DNA of 64,000 bases, from contig OZ249437.1 in NCBI GenBank assembly GCA_965235115.1, positions 25,482,001 to 25,546,000 of the forward strand, given 5' to 3'. A program made the position numbers and the translations under genes. Of the stretch, positions 43,511 to 53,344 are shown one piece after another. Positions within the stretch are counted from its first letter, which is position 1; each line of letters starts with the position of its first letter. Source of the stretch: Laetmonice hystrix (Eukaryota). The notes under the pieces were generated by a model. The model had not been told where the DNA came from, ran no database searches, and saw nothing but the letters and a program-made list of their open reading frames with translations.

Positions 43511-44839
43511 GTAAGCAAGATATCACAATTATCCCAATCCATCAGTAATGTCACCTTCTCCCCCTCCCACCTAACGTTTGTCTTGCTTCTACTCTGCAAA
43601 CTTTTCCCTCGTTTTGAGCTTTTTCATCCTGGTGGGTGTAGTGGTCTCTTTTTATCTGTCATGGGTACGAAATGCTTACCTGGTTAAGGAAAGGCAATAC
43701 TGTCTCGTTATAATGATGACGAAGACAGTGAATGCACAACTCGTTTTGCTTGTAGTAATTATTTGACCATATCTATGCATGTTTGGTGGAGCTCTCTATC
43801 GCAAAGATTGTGATCATGGCGTGTACACAAAAGGAGGAATACTGAGGTGGCCCACCTTGGATATGGGTGGTATGGGCAACATGTGTTGGTGCAGTGCGGC
43901 AAACTTTTGGATCGCTGAACGCCCACCACCGCAGGATTGGCTGGGTGAAAGGAAAACAAGTGTACGGGGGGGATCCGCTGTGGCCGGCCACGTCATCGGC
44001 CATTCTTGGACCAGATGTTGCCTTGTCTCCATTCATCGGGGGCACCTCCACATCGGCCAAAAATGTATTATCCTGACGGCGGTTACAGGCCTGCTGGGCG
44101 GCCCTACGCCTCAGGGTCGCCAGTTATGTCGAGCTGACGATGATTTAGGGCATTCCTGTGCCTCTCCATGATAACCTTTTCCAAATTAGTACTTCGAACT
44201 TTTAGAAGATTTGGCTAAGTATGCAGGTGACCCCCACAGAACAGGCGAGTGTTCTTGATTATGCCTCGTTATGTCTGTGCATATCACAGCTTTCTGTAAG
44301 CATGACGTGGGTCAGAAGTCTGGTGCTTTAGGAGAGTGATTTAAAGGCTGCCCCAAGGAAAAGTTCTTTGAACGACTCGACTTGTCCAGTGGCAATTTCG
44401 TGCTAATTCAGCAAACATAGAAATCCTTTTTGTGACACTTGAGAACATCTGGTGTAGCGGGATAAACCTGACGGCGTGGGTGCAGGCCACCAGTTCAGCT
44501 GGAGGAGCTCTTTTAATGGAGGCAGCACGTAATGGCCACAGTGGGAGGAGGAGGGGGAGGGAAGGAGGAGGGAGATGGAGTGGCAGCAGCCGTCACTGAG
44601 TGGCGGAGTGATGGAGGCAGTCAGGGATTGCGGCCGAGATCAATGGTCCGGAAGACGGCCGCCACAAAGACCCGTGACGGCCTCGAGTGACATGATTGGC
44701 TCGGATCATCCCATCGGATCATTCATTTCTACACGCTTTTCAGGTCGGGACGACAATCAAAGACGACTTTCTCCCTTCACCGTCTCTTGTCGCCGTCCTG
44801 TTGTGGATTCTTCCGGAAAGAATATTACAAACTCGAGGA

Positions 44840-44881
44840 ATTCAACCCTGGATTCCAGGATCCTGGATTCCAGGGTTGAAT
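44840..44881. repeat. 42-nt quasi-palindrome centred on GGATCC
   Basis: attcaaccctggattccaggatcctggattccagggttgaat is self-complementary except at the centre of each ggattcc. Confidence 0.9.
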
Positions 44882-45735
44882 CTCACAACTTTCTATTCTG
44901 TGCCGTTTGAAATGTAACCGTGGTAATTTCGAGATGTTTTACGTGTTTCATATTGCCAGGCCACGGTGGATGGTGAGGTGATTGTGAATAATTTGGGATG
45001 GGACTATGGCTCGTAACAGTGAGATTCATGAGCGCCAAGATGAGGATTGGGCATGCATATTTCATGCTGGCCTGTGTGGACCGAGTATAATGATGGTAAT
45101 TGTGGATTGGGACCTGTATGCGGGTGACAATGAGGAGGAAACTCCCTGATAGGGGTAGAGATGGTGATGGCATGAGACAGGTCCTTATCATGGACATATA
45201 ATTATTGCTTGTTACAAAGACACAAATGCGATGGCGATAGGCCACGTGCCAGCACCGGTTCACCAGCCATTTTGGACTAATTTAGTCTTCATATTCAAGC
45301 GTCCATGCGAGCTCCGTTGAACCCGGACCAACAGGTGGTAGCGGAATAAATGGAACAGTTCCTGTTATGCATACAAATGACGGTCTTGCCTGGTTCTCTG
45401 CATTGCCTTGTCCCCCCCCCCCCCTCCTCCCCTCCCAAAACGTTTTTGTAAATAGAACATGATTATTGGTGATTTCGATGACGATGGCGGCGGCAGTAGC
45501 ACATTAAGTGCTCTTATACAATCAGGCCAAAATATGCAGACTACATGGGGCCAGGGACCGCTTGGTGCATGGCACCACAGCGCCACATCTACCACTGACA
45601 ACCCTGGCTCGTTTACTTTGGCCACCGTTGGCACCGACCAGCTGTACAGACCAGTAATAGAGCGACCCCTCCCATTACATTACTCCTACTGTACACGCCG
45701 GGGCCAACCCCGACTGGCCTGTTACCACAGGGTAT

Positions 45736-45770
45736 TATAAAGGACAGCCACGTCAACGAGGTGGTCAGCA
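45736..45770 (+). promoter_or_regulatory. Candidate core promoter (TATA box plus initiator-like element)
   Basis: TATAAAGG at 45736-45743 and tcAgc with A at 45767, 31 nt downstream of the first T. Lies about 50 nt upstream of the MSLLMK segment. Confidence 0.4.
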
Positions 45771-45815
45771 ACTTTGAAGGCAGCGAACATTAGATGGTCG
45801 GTATCTGCGGGTACC

Positions 45816-45833
45816 ATGAGCTTGCTGATGAAG
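45816..45833 (+). CDS. Candidate alternative first coding exon of PTBP: MSLLMK
   Basis: accATG AGC TTG CTG ATG AAG|gtaagc: good start context, strong donor, phase 0, gives MK|RGS. Preceded by a TATA box and Inr-like element at canonical spacing. Confidence 0.5.
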
Positions 45834-47961
45834 GTAAGCCTAGATAGAGTGGGTATAGGGGTTCTGTAGGATTGGACCCTCAGACTGGAGGCTGCCTCAA
45901 GGACAGCGTGATCCGAGTGGTACCTCTCCCTCTCTCTCACCTTTTTTTTTAGCTCCGTCCAAGGAGTCGGTCGTGTGTCAGTCTGCTTACGATGCGTGTG
46001 AGGTTAAGAAGTGGCCGGGTCAGAGGGCCTTCAGAGGTGCCACTTGATGGAGCTGTGAGGAGTTATACGAGCACCGTAACGGTACAAGCTGGGATCGGGT
46101 ACTTTTAGAAGGAGCAGTCAATAGGCAGGGCTGACCCGGTCGTTAGGCCTGTCGCATCCAATTTACGTACTGTCGGCGAGCCCGAGACGGTTGCACTCAA
46201 CCACGGAAAGATACTTTGACCAAGACAGAAACTGTAAGAAGCGAATCACCTCAGCCCCCAGAACTCCTCAGTTTAGGGGTTAGCTGATTCTTTGACTCTG
46301 CTTGGTTTTTCCTGTGATTTCGGGGTTTCGTACAAATCTGATGTAATTACTTTATTAGGCACGTTCAGGGCTTGTAAGTTTAAGGGATGGGTAGAGTAGA
46401 TAATATAGTGTAATGATCTTTGGTGTATTTGATCAGGTTGTTGGTCAGTAAGTAGCCAGAGGGCCATGCTGGAGTTGGCCTGGTTAGGATCCAATGATTC
46501 ATGGGTGGGACACCCAACAGTAATCAGTGGTCTCTAATGAACTTGAATGAGTTCTGGTCCGACTGAGACGTGTTTTTTTTCTGTCTCTCTTCTTGGAAAT
46601 TGGTATTGTAAATAATTCACCTACCAATAATGACTCCTGATCATACGTGAAACCGGAGGCGTCTCCGTATTTCGTTTTCAAAAAGAAAAAAAAAATCATT
46701 TGCCTTGGCAATACGGGATTTATTTACACACAGGAGATGATTTCGAGTGATTACCACACTGCATATAGTGGTAATACACGGGGAGCTCGGCTTGTTTTGC
46801 CGAGTTGGAGTAAAGATGCACGGGGTACGTCGACTGCTGCTGGTGTAGAGCATGCCGGAAGACGGTGCCAGGTCTGAGGTAATCAGCAACATCTCTGTCC
46901 ATTAAAGCTTGCCATAATCAGCATCCGTTCGCTATGCTTAGCCGGGTAAGCAGGATACATCTCGTCTACCACTGACTCTCTGCCCACCCGAGCTGTAATT
47001 GCGAACACATCACAGGCATAGGGAGTTTACCATTGACATTACCACCGCCGGCTGACACTGACTCATGCCTCCCGACATCACGTCGTTGATATTTGATTAT
47101 AAAAAGAGAAAGGCTCGAGGTGGAATTCCATTTCCTAATTAGATGATACTAAGCAGCAATCTGGCTTTGAAATCAGACCAGCTTGTGCATTTACCATGTG
47201 CTTTGATTTACTGGGATATTTGTCCACACACAGTACACGGGACAAGAAGTTTCACAAAAGGGGCAAGAGGGGAACAGGGGGGGGGGTGCACAGCGAATTT
47301 TGCCAACACGGAAAAACTCTAAAACGATCCCTTTATTTTCTTGTCTGTTTGTTCTTACGTACATGAATTTTGCCTGCTGTATTTTGCATGTTTAAAAGAC
47401 CGTCTGTGTGTAAGCTGTGGTCCTCAAACGTCTCCTTCCTCATGTAATAGTGAGTCTGTCATGGCAGGGTCGGTTTACAGACAAGGCAGACACGCGTGTA
47501 TAAAAACAAGGGGCTTGGATCTTTGAACGCCGAAGGTTTATGGGCAAATTTATATCCAGATATATATGGCTCTAACATAATGCAGATCTCTCATCCTGAC
47601 ACCAGTCAGATTGCGGCAGGAGCTGATCTAGAGGGAAGGAGAGGGGGGGGGGGGGGGTTGATGGCGGCGGCGGGAGGGGGTTTCCCCCTCAGGGAAATTC
47701 TTGGCTTCACCCAATCATACTCCAGCCTCATTATGCTGATGGGATGCTGAACAGGCTGTCAGTAATACCAGAAGTGATTTGTGGTATTTTTGTTAGGGTG
47801 GCTGCAGGTGCTTCAGTCCCATGGGTGAGAACGAGACTAAGGTTGTATTGCATGTGAGGCGGGAAGGGGGGCGGCTTATATTGGATCGTGAATATTGATA
47901 GCAGTGATCGGGATGTGAAGGAAACAGTAATAGGCACTTGTAGTTGTCATTTTTCATCTGT

Positions 47962-48126
47962 ATGGTAACACCATTGATGTACCTTGGTTATAAAGAGATA
48001 ATGGTCTGGCTTGCTGTCATGTACAATTTATATGGCTTGCAAGTGGACACACTCAGGGCTGGTGATGTCCTGAATCAAGTATTCAACAGAGAATACGAAT
48101 TGGGACCGGCTCCAAAGTCTGCTAGA
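47962..48126 (+). CDS. Candidate alternative first coding exon: MVTPLMYLGYKEIMVWLAVMYNLYGLQVDTLRAGDVLNQVFNREYELGPAPKSAR
   Basis: 55-codon open frame ending GCT AGA|gtgagt (consensus +1 to +6, phase 0). Would give R|RGS. Inr-like TCATTT at 47947. Confidence 0.33.
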
Positions 48127-48787
48127 GTGAGTCTCGGTTGACTGGGTCCCTGACCTACATTACGGCTACTTTGAGTGGGATGCCATGAAAAGAGCGCACT
48201 GCACAACTTAGAATACAAAGGAGGTTGACATACTGATCTATATATATATGTTGTAGTTCACGTAACTTAAGCAGAAGAGAAGGGTTGTCGGGCGGTAGGC
48301 ATCAATGAGTGACGCTTGGTTCAGTCTGACCTCGAGATTTTTGACCCGATTGCATTACTAATTCATAGGGCTCCACAATTACGTAACTCTATTAGCGTAT
48401 GAAATCGCCTGATGGTCTATAGAGCGGCTACATTTTGGTTGTGGGGAAATACATCTAAATTAACATCTCTTTAATAGTATTATTAGAAGAGCCCAATTTT
48501 ATAAACTGAAAATAACACTTTTGGTTGGCCTAAATTTGGTAACTAATGGTGGCAACACTGTAACCTTTTTGTAGCTATATGTGTCCCAGTGCCATACCTC
48601 CTGTTGTTTTTAAACTTGATAGTGCCAGTAAGTCTTTTGGAATGATTTTGCAGTGGGGAAAAATTGGGCCACAGACAAAACCTGAGCGGTCGACTCTTGT
48701 AGGAGTCGCCCTTGATAACAGGAGGTGGAAATTCTAGATAGCCTGGGTGTGTTTCTCCCAATTTTTTTCCTTGCCCTTTGCCCCTAG

Positions 48788-48820
48788 TGTCTCATGATGT
48801 TGAGTCTTCTTCAAGTCAAG
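48788..48820 (+). CDS. Candidate 33-nt cassette exon: CLMMLSLLQVK in phase 0
   Basis: Strong pyrimidine tract gtttctcccaatttttttccttgccctttgcccctag| with 44 nt free of AG. Donor AAG|gtagac is moderate. Ends in K immediately upstream of the RGS exon, like the 31-nt exon 2 of vertebrate PTBP1. Confidence 0.4.
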
Positions 48821-50121
48821 GTAGACTCCATGTCAAACGAGTATGGTAGAATACCCACAAAACACATTTCCGGGCACCTACTCCCCAACCCTGAAAAAAA
48901 AGCAAAAAGTAAACAGAGGAACAAAGACTAGGGTTGGACGGGTGTATATATGACCCTCGAGTGGGCCCAAGGGGTAGTTAGCACAGGGTGGGGTGCTGTA
49001 TTCCCTCACTCCAGGCCAGGCCATGTAACCCGCTGGTTTGGTGTACATTGCGACTCGGTAAATGACAGATAGTCAAATAGATAGTGCTCTCTAGTTAATA
49101 TCTAGGCACGGTAATATGTCATGGTGGACGAAACTAAATATTCAGTCGTGGTGTGGTGGCCGAGGCTGGGCGGTCTGACATTCTAAGTTTGGCCGTGGTA
49201 TATGACTGGGACAGTATCTACCAATTCAGTACGAAGTTCGTACAGCACAGTTCCAAGTTATTTCCCTTTCATGTGCGAGGTAATTATCACTTCTGATTGC
49301 TAGACATGTTTGACACCATGATCTGTACTGGTTTTGGCTATGTTTCATATGCAGACAACTATTAGTATAGAGACTCGTACGAAAACTGCCGAGTGATCCC
49401 ACGGCACGAGGTCTGAATCCCCTGGTGTAAATTACTCGATATATATTCGAGAGTATGAAAGTCGTAATTTGGTTTGTCCATGACAGAACGTTGGACCTGT
49501 ATGACAAACACTTTGCAACAAAGTGGAACGATCATTTACTCCCCATACCCCCAGACGCCCCCCCCCCCCCCCCGAAAAAAAAGAGTGCATATGAGTATAT
49601 TGGCGATGGCGATAGGCTAAGTGCCCAAGTATTGGGTCGCACCAGGTTCTGCTGGTACACGGACATGACGATATCGGGGTCGTGCTGTTGAAGCCATAGA
49701 ATTAGCACTAGACATATCTGCGGTGAGGTGTTGTGGGAGTGACGTGCGGTGGGATGGGCCCCAACACACACACCTGACAGGTCATTGCTACCTCGGTGGT
49801 ATGAAGGCGCCACTAAAACACGTTCAATAATATATCAGTGTCGGCGCGTTGATTGGGTCAAGTGAGTCAGGGCCAAGCGACAAGTAAACCCTGGCCTGGG
49901 GGTCGAGGCTCACTCTAACTTTTACCGTCGTTGTCTCTCTATATGTATGCAAGCTCCTGTTGGTTTTTGGCTTGTGATTTGAATGTCTGTCATTGCCAAC
50001 CTCAAATCTTGTAGCTGTATTATGTAGATAACGTAGCTGTATATTTTCCTGTCTGTCCATCCACTGTGTGTTTGGTATTGTGTTATTAACTGGAATGCTT
50101 TCTATTTTTTTCCTTCTACAG

Positions 50122-50226
50122 CGTGGTTCCGAAGAGTTGCTTTCTCACTCTCCTATGGTGACAAACGGTACCGGCATGAGTCCCACACAGAGTCAGACCC
50201 TAGACGCCAATAACGACGCAAAGAAG
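50122..50226 (+). CDS. PTBP: PTBP coding exon (105 nt, phase 0-0): RGSEELLSHSPMVTNGTGMSPTQSQTLDANNDAKK, N-terminal NLS/PKA-site region
   Basis: Acceptor ttttttccttctacag|CGT and donor AAG|gtaaaa. The peptide matches the recalled human PTBP1 N-terminus RGSDELFSTCVTNG...ANGNDSKK. Human PTBP1 also has an exon starting at the R of KRGS. Splices in frame to 57861. Confidence 0.93.
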
Positions 50227-50239
50227 GTAAAACTCCCAG

Positions 50240-50317
50240 CTTTCTCTCTTATAGAACTTTCTTTCCTACTAACCACCTGTCTGGCAAACCTAAATACTAC
50301 GACCGTCTCTGTCTTAG
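50240..50317 (+). promoter_or_regulatory. Intronic splicing-signal cluster: CU-rich tracts, perfect TACTAAC (50267-50273) and first downstream AG at 50316-50317
   Basis: Read directly: ctttctctctt, ctttctttcc, TACTAAC, gtctctgtcttag. TACTAAC is the branchpoint/SF1-QKI consensus and CUCUCU/UCUU are PTB-binding motifs. Confidence 0.5.
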
Positions 50318-53096
50318 TGCTGGTAGATATTTAGATTGGTTTGCAGGCCTCGTACAGTGCTGGTCTGAAGTAATAAGCATGATTGGTTTATGACGTAAAT
50401 GTATTGTGTATTTCTGCTGTTCACTTCGTTCACTTGGTGCTTCAAACCAGGCGTCAGTGTCAATTTTCTGTTCTTCTTAGTTCAGAGAATTCATATTGAA
50501 TCTGCTCAGTAAATAATATACTTTTACTTTCATGTAAACCATGAGTTTTTAAGATAGTTATGTTTCACAACATTTGCATCAAATTTGTTAATTGAACCCA
50601 AGTAGAATAGGTAACTGTAATGGGCTCAATACGTGATTGATGTTATTTTGGGAATGTTGAAGCAGATGGTCGCCATTCGATGTACAGTAGTTATCTTGGG
50701 CAGGCAGTGTCTCTGTGGCGAACCCGGTCGGCTGTACAAACACTCAGTCTCTCGGATGGGCCGCAAATATATGATCACAAGTCGCATACACCTGTCTTTC
50801 ATTGCCAGGCCAAACCTGGCAGACATTGGGGCCAGCATGATCTGTGCAGGATGTATGAAGATCTTGCGAGGGGTGGAAATTGGTGGAGAGATATTGTGGC
50901 TGTGTCAACAAGTTGAACAGCGCCACCGCCGGAATCCACGGGCTGAGAACCAGCGGCGCTTCTAGGTGCGCCTGGAAGCTTAACATATGTTTAGTGTTTA
51001 TGAAAGGTGTATAGTATACGGTTTGCCAACATCAAGTAAGCTTGTGGTTAATTTGCAGAAGACTAAAAAGGACACCCTTGTGCTGAGAATTGCTCTCAAT
51101 ATTCTGCGAGTAGGGATAGGGATTTCTTGTCAGGTACTGGCATGAGGAACAAGAGACTTTCATAGTGGACGCTTGCTTACCAAAACGGGTATTGTGAAGT
51201 AGGGTAAGGTTGGGAGGGCACCGATTTAGGGCGAGAGGTGAGTCAGGAGTTATAAAGAGTCCATGCCTTACTGTTGTTACAAACCTCGGGAAACCAGACC
51301 TAGAATAACCTCCGTATACATACAAATAGCTGTTAGTAGTTCCTAGAAGAGGACCGTGCCCGAAAGAGTCGCGATTGGTGCTGGTGCCAACCTTCCTTGC
51401 CACCAAGCTCGCCTACAATGTCGTTTTACCGCTTTATCCACAGTGAAAAGCCTACATGCCACACCCTGTTGGTGACAATTGCCCATTGACAGCTCGTTCC
51501 GTGGTACTTGCATGTTCCAGTTCTCAGACACTATCTTTCACACATTTTCCCTTGAAATGTTACTGTGAACATTAACTGGCAGAGGCGCCCTCGATGTTGC
51601 GACTCGGATTGCAGGTAGTGAACCCCCCGGTGGGATCAATGTGGGGCGTCAGCGCCCTTACCAGGAGTGATGACGTTACTTGATGGAGCGAGGTTGGTAA
51701 CTGGGCATGATGTCGTGTCCGGATGGCCAGGTAGTCGGCATAGTGGAGCCGCAGCCAAGGTGTCACTGTGGACCGGATTAATGGGAGCGTTAAAGAGATT
51801 CTTACATGTGGCGGACGAACTGGCAGACAGTGGGTAGGAGTTAACTGCCCAGACAACCCTCTTGTCTCTCTAGATGAAACCTTGCTACGGAGAAAGGGAG
51901 GTCATGTCGGAGTTGTAAGGTGATCAAAGAACTACTCTGGCCTTGTCGGCAGGAAAGTAATTACGGTGCGCAGCCAGTGCCGCTGAAGAAGATGCAGTCT
52001 TTGGCTTGGCCTGAGATCAGGACTATCTTTTTGGGCGATGGGAGGTGGGCAATTACAAAGCCTTCAGCAGAGCTAATGGTCTTGCTGATGGCGGTTTCAT
52101 TTCTGCCCCTTTAGGGCAGTCTTCATCAGAGACACAAGAAATGCAGAGAGTCAGGAGGCAACTCTTAAGACGCATAGGATACGGAAAGACAGCGGTGTCG
52201 ACGATTCTTTGCAGGGCCTTCTGTTTTATAATGGGGATGGGAATGTCCCTCTCTGAATGTCCCTCTCTGGAGCCAGAGAGAGAGGGACATTTGTTGATTT
52301 TCTGAGGCCAAGTCAGAGAGAGTTGATTGCCGAGAAAATTGCCACCTGGTAGCCTCCTAGTGTGGAGTCAGAGCTGGTTTATAGCGGGGAACATATGGAA
52401 TGACATAGATCAAGGTGACACTTTCCGTTTGACTGAGCCATTGGGGCTTTCCACTGTTGGGAACACTGCAGGCTGCAGCATGTATTTGGAACAGAACGTG
52501 GCTCTCTGTCTTTAGGAAAGGTCGTTGAACGTAGTAAATCCAAAATTTGGCAACGTATTCAACGCTTTCAGGTGGAATCATCAATGTCTCATATTTCTGT
52601 TGCGGAAAAAGTGTGGCGTGGGAGGCTGGCTTTTACACCGCAACACGTTATTGTCACTGACGTGTAATCATCAAAGCTAGCGACCAGCTTTCAGCTTGGG
52701 CTGGTAAATGTGAGCATCAGGGTGCAACCGGACTCTACATTTGTCTGGTGGCATGCGCTATCCTCTGGAGGGCGATATTTAGCCTGGCTCTGGGATACTG
52801 AGGATGGAGTAAGGCGAGAACCACAGTGCCGGTGTGTGACCACTGAAATGTAATGTCGAACCATTAAGCTTGGTGATTGGCTGCAGGGATTATAACTACA
52901 GTCACCTGGGTCTTGCCGGCAGATGGGGAACCAAGAACCTGATACTTCCACTCACAGGTGTGCGGATTGATGCTGACACAGAAAACCACCATATTTTCTT
53001 TTTTTGGACGATTTCTTGGCAGTGGCAGAATTTGAAGTTTGCTTTGCAAATTTGATGGAAACCATGTGTCGCATTGGCATGTGAGTGAGTTGCCTA

Positions 53097-53344
53097 AAGG
53101 CCTGTACCCACTAGCGCGTTTTACCGCTGCGGTCCACGCTGAGCGACAAAACGCGCTAGTGGGTTCAGGCCTTACGGCAAGCACCACCGCCTTCAGGAGA
53201 TATGTGGACATTTCCGAATTACGTGGGAGTCCGGATTTTATCACGATGAATACAGCAATGACAGCTAAAGGCCTGAACCCACTAGCGCGTTTTGTCGCTC
53301 AGCGTGGACCGCAGCGGTAAAACGCGCTAGTGGGTACAGGCCTT
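53097..53344. mobile_element. Foldback MITE, 248 bp, perfect 77-bp TIRs that are themselves hairpins, flanked by TA
   Basis: 53097-53173 is the exact reverse complement of 53268-53344, with a 94-bp spacer. TA at 53095-53096 and 53345-53346. Confidence 0.85.

Noticed and set aside
1675-46945. Further phase-0 ATG-donor pairs (1675-1701, 27851-27856, 28763-28765, 29510-29584, 40103-40156, 41648-41815)
   Set aside because: They have weaker donors or no supporting promoter context, and their number is within chance expectation. Not listed as features, though RNA data could rescue some.
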